Positions 24,825-29,098 of a stretch of 29,098 bases of DNA are shown here, piece after piece. Position numbers and translations under genes: made by a program. The DNA comes from Candidatus Methylomirabilota bacterium. Its GTDB lineage: Bacteria; Methylomirabilota; Methylomirabilia; Rokubacteriales; CSP1-6. Numbering within the stretch: the first letter of the stretch is position 1; each line of letters begins with the position of its first letter. The notes below the pieces were generated by a model. The model was not told the origin of the DNA and searched no databases. It saw only the letters and a list, made by a program, of their open reading frames with translations. The stretch covers positions 1 through 29,098 of the forward strand of contig JBKPAK010000194.1 in the NCBI GenBank assembly GCA_046726415.1, read 5' to 3'.

Positions 24825-25838
24825 TCACGCCGGCCGGATAGGAGGACGAACCGTGGCGCGCCCGGCCCCGGCGAGGCCCGTCTTGGCGTACTTTAGATCG
24901 CGGTAGTCGCCGGAGAGCACGGGCGGGTGTTTGGCCACGCCCTGCGAGGGGAGGCACTCGATCACGACGTCGTAGTTCGGATGGTTGAAGAATGCGATGG
25001 ACAACCGCGGCCGACTCGGCCCAGCGCCGACCGGCGGGTTCACCACGCGGTGCATGGTCGAGAGCCACCGGTCGTTGGTCCAGCGCATGAGAAGATCGCC
25101 GATATTGACCACGAAGTGGGTCGGCGTCGTGGCCACGTCGATCCACTGCCCGCCGCGCGTCCTGACTTGAAGGCCCCCGGGGACGTCCTCGCCGCTCAGA
25201 ATGGTGAAGCCGCCGTAGTCCGTGTGGGCGCCCGCTCTGAGCTGGCCCGGGCTCGGGGGAAGAGGCTGGGCCGGATAGTAGTTCAGGCGCATGGTGCCGA
25301 TCGACCGGTCGACCTTGGCATCGAAGAAGGTCTCGTCCACTCCCAGCGCGAGGGCCGCCAACCGCATCAGAAAGGCGATCAACCGATCCATCGCGCGGTA
25401 GTACAAGGTGGCGGCATTCTCGAAGTCCGGGGGCACCAGCGGCCACACATTCGGCACGAAGTGACGGCGTCCCCGGAGGCCGGTGTAGTACGGATCAGAT
25501 GTCGTGTCGACGGGTCCGACGTGAAAGAACTCCTTCAGATCGGGCGGGGCCACCGCGTCGTTGGCGTTCGACAGCGCCTCGCCGCCGAGGGGATGGTAGC
25601 CGCGGTTGGTGCCGGCGACCGGATGGCGAGCCGCCAGCTTCTGGGCGGCTGACAGCGCGAAGAACTCGTGGCCCAGCCGCCGCAGGTCGTCGACGATGCG
25701 ATCCGGGACGCCGTGGCCGGTGATCGCGAAGAATCCGATCTCGCGGCACGCCCCGTCGATCGCGCCGGCCACGCGTTCGCGATCGACACGACCGCCGGAG
25801 CGCGCGGGGGCCAGGTCGATGAGGGGAACCTCGCTCAT
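24825..25838 (-). CDS. Isopenicillin N synthase family Fe(II)/2OG oxygenase, 337 aa
   Basis: VPLIDL, ACREIGFF..GHGV, RLNYYP, HTDYG, VNIGDL..RWTND, HRV and RLS motifs. Confidence 0.94.
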   Translation of the reverse strand: MSEVPLIDLAPARSGGRVDRERVAGAIDGACREIGFFAITGHGVPDRIVDDLRRLGHEFFALSAAQKLAARHPVAGTNRGYHPLGGEALSNANDAVAPPDLKEFFHVGPVDTTSDPYYTGLRGRRHFVPNVWPLVPPDFENAATLYYRAMDRLIAFLMRLAALALGVDETFFDAKVDRSIGTMRLNYYPAQPLPPSPGQLRAGAHTDYGGFTILSGEDVPGGLQVRTRGGQWIDVATTPTHFVVNIGDLLMRWTNDRWLSTMHRVVNPPVGAGPSRPRLSIAFFNHPNYDVVIECLPSQGVAKHPPVLSGDYRDLKYAKTGLAGAGRATVRPPIRPA

Positions 25839-25852
25839 GGCATGCGCGACGG

Positions 25853-26977
25853 CTACGGCTTGAGGATCACCCGAGTGGCGGCGGTCCCGCTGTGCTTCCC
25901 CTGCCACTCGGCCATCTCGAAGGCCTTGTTGACGTCGGCGAGCGCGAAGCTGTGCGAGACGAGTTTCGAGAGCGGATACCGGTCCTTAGTCCGGACCAGG
26001 AAATCGAGGGCCCCCGGCATGATCCAGGGGTTGTAGTGCATGAGCCCGCGCCACTTGATTTGCTGGGTGATGATCTTGGTGGCCGGCAGGGTCACCGTCT
26101 GCGGGACGATGTTGCCGATGTCGACGTAGGTGCCGTTGACGCGGACCATGTCGAGCCCCTCGGAGGTCGCCGCCGCGATCCCGACGACCTCGACCACCAC
26201 GTCGGCGCCGCGCCCGTCGGTCAGCTCCTTCACGCGCTGCACCCGCTCCGCCGGAGTCGCGTACTCGTTCATGTCGATGACGTCGGTGGCCCCGCACTTC
26301 CGGGCCAGCTCGAGCCGAGGAGTCTGACCGTCGATGGAGATGACCTTCGAGGCGCCCTTCTCGGCCGCGACGGCGGCGGCATAGATCCCGAGTCCACCCG
26401 CGCCCTGGATCGCGACGACGTCACCGAACTTCATGTCGGCGTACTCGATGCCGTGGAGCACCTGGCACAGGGCGCAGTTCACCGGCGGAACGGCCTCGTC
26501 GGGCAGGAGGTCAGGGACCTTGAAGACGTAATGCCCGGGGGGCAGATAGTAATATTCGGCGTAGCCGCCGTCGCAGTAGGGATACTGATCGAGGCTGAAC
26601 TGCATGCTCTTGCGCTGCCGGTGCGGGCACGCGTGGTATTCCCCGCGGATGCACCAATAGCAACGGTTGCAGGGGTTGAAGAACGGGAAGGCGACCCGAT
26701 CGCCTTCCTGCAAGGGCCGTCGCAGGGAGTCGGTGTGGACGCCGCGCCCCAGTGTGTGGACGACTCCGGTGAACTCGTGACCCGGTACGCGACGCAGATC
26801 GGGCCCCGCGTAGTTCCCGTCGTTGCGCCAGTAGTGAAGGTCGGAACCGCAGATCGCGGCCGCGGTGTTCTTGATGAGGATGCCGCCGGGCTCGACCTCG
26901 GGCGTCGGCAATGTCGCCAACTCGAGCGGCTTCCCTGGCTGGTTGAGAACCACCGTCAGTCCTTTGGGCACAGCCAT
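25853..26977 (-). CDS. Zinc-binding (MDR) alcohol dehydrogenase, 374 aa
   Basis: AAGGAG SD. ICGSD, GHEFTG, CNRCYWCIRGEYHAC and GAGGLG motifs. Confidence 0.95.
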   Translation of the reverse strand: MAVPKGLTVVLNQPGKPLELATLPTPEVEPGGILIKNTAAAICGSDLHYWRNDGNYAGPDLRRVPGHEFTGVVHTLGRGVHTDSLRRPLQEGDRVAFPFFNPCNRCYWCIRGEYHACPHRQRKSMQFSLDQYPYCDGGYAEYYYLPPGHYVFKVPDLLPDEAVPPVNCALCQVLHGIEYADMKFGDVVAIQGAGGLGIYAAAVAAEKGASKVISIDGQTPRLELARKCGATDVIDMNEYATPAERVQRVKELTDGRGADVVVEVVGIAAATSEGLDMVRVNGTYVDIGNIVPQTVTLPATKIITQQIKWRGLMHYNPWIMPGALDFLVRTKDRYPLSKLVSHSFALADVNKAFEMAEWQGKHSGTAATRVILKP

Positions 26978-27091
26978 CTCCTTCTCGGGCTCTGATACTC
27001 TGCGCCCGTCTTCGGCATCGGCCAGCCGAACCACCCGCCGATGGCTCGGCCCATCATCCGAGCGTGTCGATCGGCGCGATGACTGCTCGCC

Positions 27092-28804
27092 TCAGCGCCT
27101 CCGAGCTAGCGGGCCGCGCAGGAGTTGCCCCGGCAACGCCCCGGTGTGCTTGCCGTCACGCAGCAAGACCTCGCCGTTCACCACCGTGGCCGCCACCCCG
27201 CGGGTGCGCTGGATGAGGCGGCGCGCACCGGCGGGGAGATCGTCGACCACCTCCGGCATCTCGGCGGCGATCGTCTCGGGATCGAAGACGACGAGGTCGG
27301 CGGCCAGGCCTTCGCGGATGAGCCCGCGGTCGGCGAAGCCCCAGAGCGTGGCCGGCACCAGGGTGATCATGCGCACGGCCTGCTCGAGCGTGAACGCCTG
27401 CTTCGCGCGCACCCAGTGGCTGAGCAGGTGCGTCTGGAGCGAACTGTCCATGAGCTGGGAGACGTGCGCCCCCGAATCAGAGAACGTCGTGACGGTGCGC
27501 GGATGCCGCATCAGCTCCAGCGCGTAATCCTGATCCTCGTTGGCGATCGGTTGCAGGAAGAACAGATCCAGATCCCTCGCCAGCGCCAGATCGATCATGG
27601 TCTCGGCCGGATGCTGACCGCGCTCGCGCGCCACCTCGGCCACCGTGCGGTGCGGCCCCTCAACGGTGTCGAAGACGAGGATCGAGTCGTAATCGGCGTC
27701 CCGGGCTTCAGTGCCGAGGGCGCGGCGGTCGGAGCGCGAACCCGAGGCCTCGAGCAGCCGGCGGCGCACATCGGGATCGCGAAGTTTTCCCCGCTGCTCG
27801 GGCAGCGACAGCGCCCGCAGCTCCTTCCACACCGGCAAACGGTCGAACGGGAGCTGGGTCTTGAACGAAAGCAATGCGCTCAGCCATCGGCTGTGCACCT
27901 GGGCGAACATGCGCCCGCCGGCGGCCGCCGTCTCATCGAGGAGGGCCAGGTACCTGCGCCACACGTCCGGGACCCCGCGCCGGCTGAAGACGCCGAAGGT
28001 GATGGGCCGACCGGTTTCCACGGCCAGATCGCGCAGCCGGACGTGATACTCGCGCAGGGCCGGATCGCCGGGTGCGCGGTCGACGCCCTCCCCGGCCAGC
28101 TCGAAGATGCCGGCGTTCAGCTCGCCCATGACACCGACCAGCCGCCGCACCTCATCCCAGGTGGCGGCGCGGCTCGCCACGGGGCGGCCGTCGGGGGTCT
28201 CGTGAGCCGGCGAGCGCGAGGTGGTGAAGCCGATGGCCCCGGCGCGAAGGGCGTCGCGCAGCTCGCGCTTCATCGCTCGCAGATCGTCCTCGGTGGCGGG
28301 CTGCTCGAACGCGCGATCGCCCATGACGTAGGTGCGGAGCGCCGAGTGGCCGATGTAGCCGGAGTAGTTGATGCCCTTGGGCAATGACTCGAGCGTGTCG
28401 AGGAACTCGGGGAAGGTGGTCCACGCCCAATCAATCCCGGCCTCCATCGCCGCCGGGGGGATGTCCTCAGCGCGTTGAAGGTTGCGCACGACCATGTGCT
28501 TGTCGGCCGCCGGGCAGGGCGCCAGGGTGAAGCCGCAGTTGCCCATCACGACGCTCGTGATGCCGTGCCAGCAGGACGAGGTGCCGAGCGGATCCCAGAA
28601 GACCTGGGCGTCCATGTGGGTGTGCCCGTCCACGAAGCCGGGTGCCACCACGTGGCCGTCGGCGTCGATGACCTCGCGGGCCCGCTCGCGGATGCGCCCA
28701 ATCATCGCGATGCGGCCATGCCGCACGCCGACGTCGGCGCGATACCGGGGCAAGCCGGATCCATCGATCACCATGGCGTTCTTGATCACCAGGTCATAGG
28801 GCAT
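27092..28804 (-). CDS. Amidohydrolase, N-acyl-D-amino-acid deacylase family, 570 aa
   Basis: AAGGAG SD before ATG 28804. YDLVIKN..VIDGSG, PGFVDGHTHMD, GNCG, SDSGAH, ADLVVFDP and TGALPG motifs. Confidence 0.94.
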   Translation of the reverse strand: MPYDLVIKNAMVIDGSGLPRYRADVGVRHGRIAMIGRIRERAREVIDADGHVVAPGFVDGHTHMDAQVFWDPLGTSSCWHGITSVVMGNCGFTLAPCPAADKHMVVRNLQRAEDIPPAAMEAGIDWAWTTFPEFLDTLESLPKGINYSGYIGHSALRTYVMGDRAFEQPATEDDLRAMKRELRDALRAGAIGFTTSRSPAHETPDGRPVASRAATWDEVRRLVGVMGELNAGIFELAGEGVDRAPGDPALREYHVRLRDLAVETGRPITFGVFSRRGVPDVWRRYLALLDETAAAGGRMFAQVHSRWLSALLSFKTQLPFDRLPVWKELRALSLPEQRGKLRDPDVRRRLLEASGSRSDRRALGTEARDADYDSILVFDTVEGPHRTVAEVARERGQHPAETMIDLALARDLDLFFLQPIANEDQDYALELMRHPRTVTTFSDSGAHVSQLMDSSLQTHLLSHWVRAKQAFTLEQAVRMITLVPATLWGFADRGLIREGLAADLVVFDPETIAAEMPEVVDDLPAGARRLIQRTRGVAATVVNGEVLLRDGKHTGALPGQLLRGPLARRR

Positions 28805-29028
28805 CGTCCGCTCCTTCTGACGGTTGCACGATGGTGGCCGTCGCCGCCCATCATACTTCAGCTCTGCGGCGTCCAGCGGCGCGTCAACCCCGTGATGGCG
28901 TCGCGCGTGCCTATGGATGAATGGCCCGTTGAGATCGAGGACGATTGGCGCTTCATCGCACATCACCGCGGGCATACGCTCACCCAGAGGAGTGCCGACA
29001 GCCTCTGACGATGAACGGAGGGCACGCG

Positions 29029-29098
29029 ATGCCACGAATTCAGGGGATCGATCCGGCCAGTGCGGAAGGCGAGGTGAAGGCAACCTTCGCGGCCCAGA
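29029..29098 (+). CDS. 5' end of a gene running off the window, probably CMD/AhpD/peroxidase-related
   Basis: GGAGG SD at 29017-29021, then MPRIQGIDPASAEGEVKATFAAQ, resembling AhpD-like N-termini. Confidence 0.55.
   Translation, partial: MPRIQGIDPASAEGEVKATFAAQ

Noticed and set aside
24825-25838. Beta-lactam biosynthesis (IPNS)
   Set aside because: Only the generic Fe/2OG family motifs are present, and there is no ACV synthetase or other biosynthetic cluster gene nearby.

Overview
High-GC, densely coding bacterial window with no rRNA, tRNA, CRISPR array or transposase that I can see. The gene content and the family-5 ABC solute-binding protein resemble Rokubacteria/Methylomirabilota-type soil bacteria, but that assignment is inference. 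Most of the window is a catabolic and redox patchwork: an SDR end, two acyl-CoA dehydrogenase subunits, enoyl-CoA hydratase, two VOC proteins, two TauD-family and one IPNS-family Fe/2OG oxygenases, MmgE/PrpD, a ferredoxin-MBL hydrolase, HpcH aldolase, a CCG-type Fe-S protein, an NtaA/DszA-type flavin monooxygenase, an orphan reductase plus Rieske ferredoxin pair, AhpD/CMD proteins, an esterase, a Zn-ADH and a D-aminoacylase-like amidohydrolase. The standout is at 20145-24787. A clear cobalamin riboswitch with an SD-sequestering hairpin precedes a co-oriented lipid-modification cluster: a stand-alone CFA-synthase N-terminal domain, a geranylgeranyl-reductase-like flavoprotein, a CFA-type SAM methyltransferase catalytic domain, a fatty-acid desaturase and a tandem-YjbQ-like protein. 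This could be a B12-repressed, B12-independent route to methyl-branched lipids. A second pattern is a set of apparent deletion scars: a truncated Ldh_2 gene, a collapsed gluconolactonase, an internally deleted ABC solute-binding protein, and strong SD sites in front of micro-ORFs. There is also a 3-copy ~61-bp hairpin repeat array at 6260-6488. All family calls come from motif recognition by eye; no searches were run.
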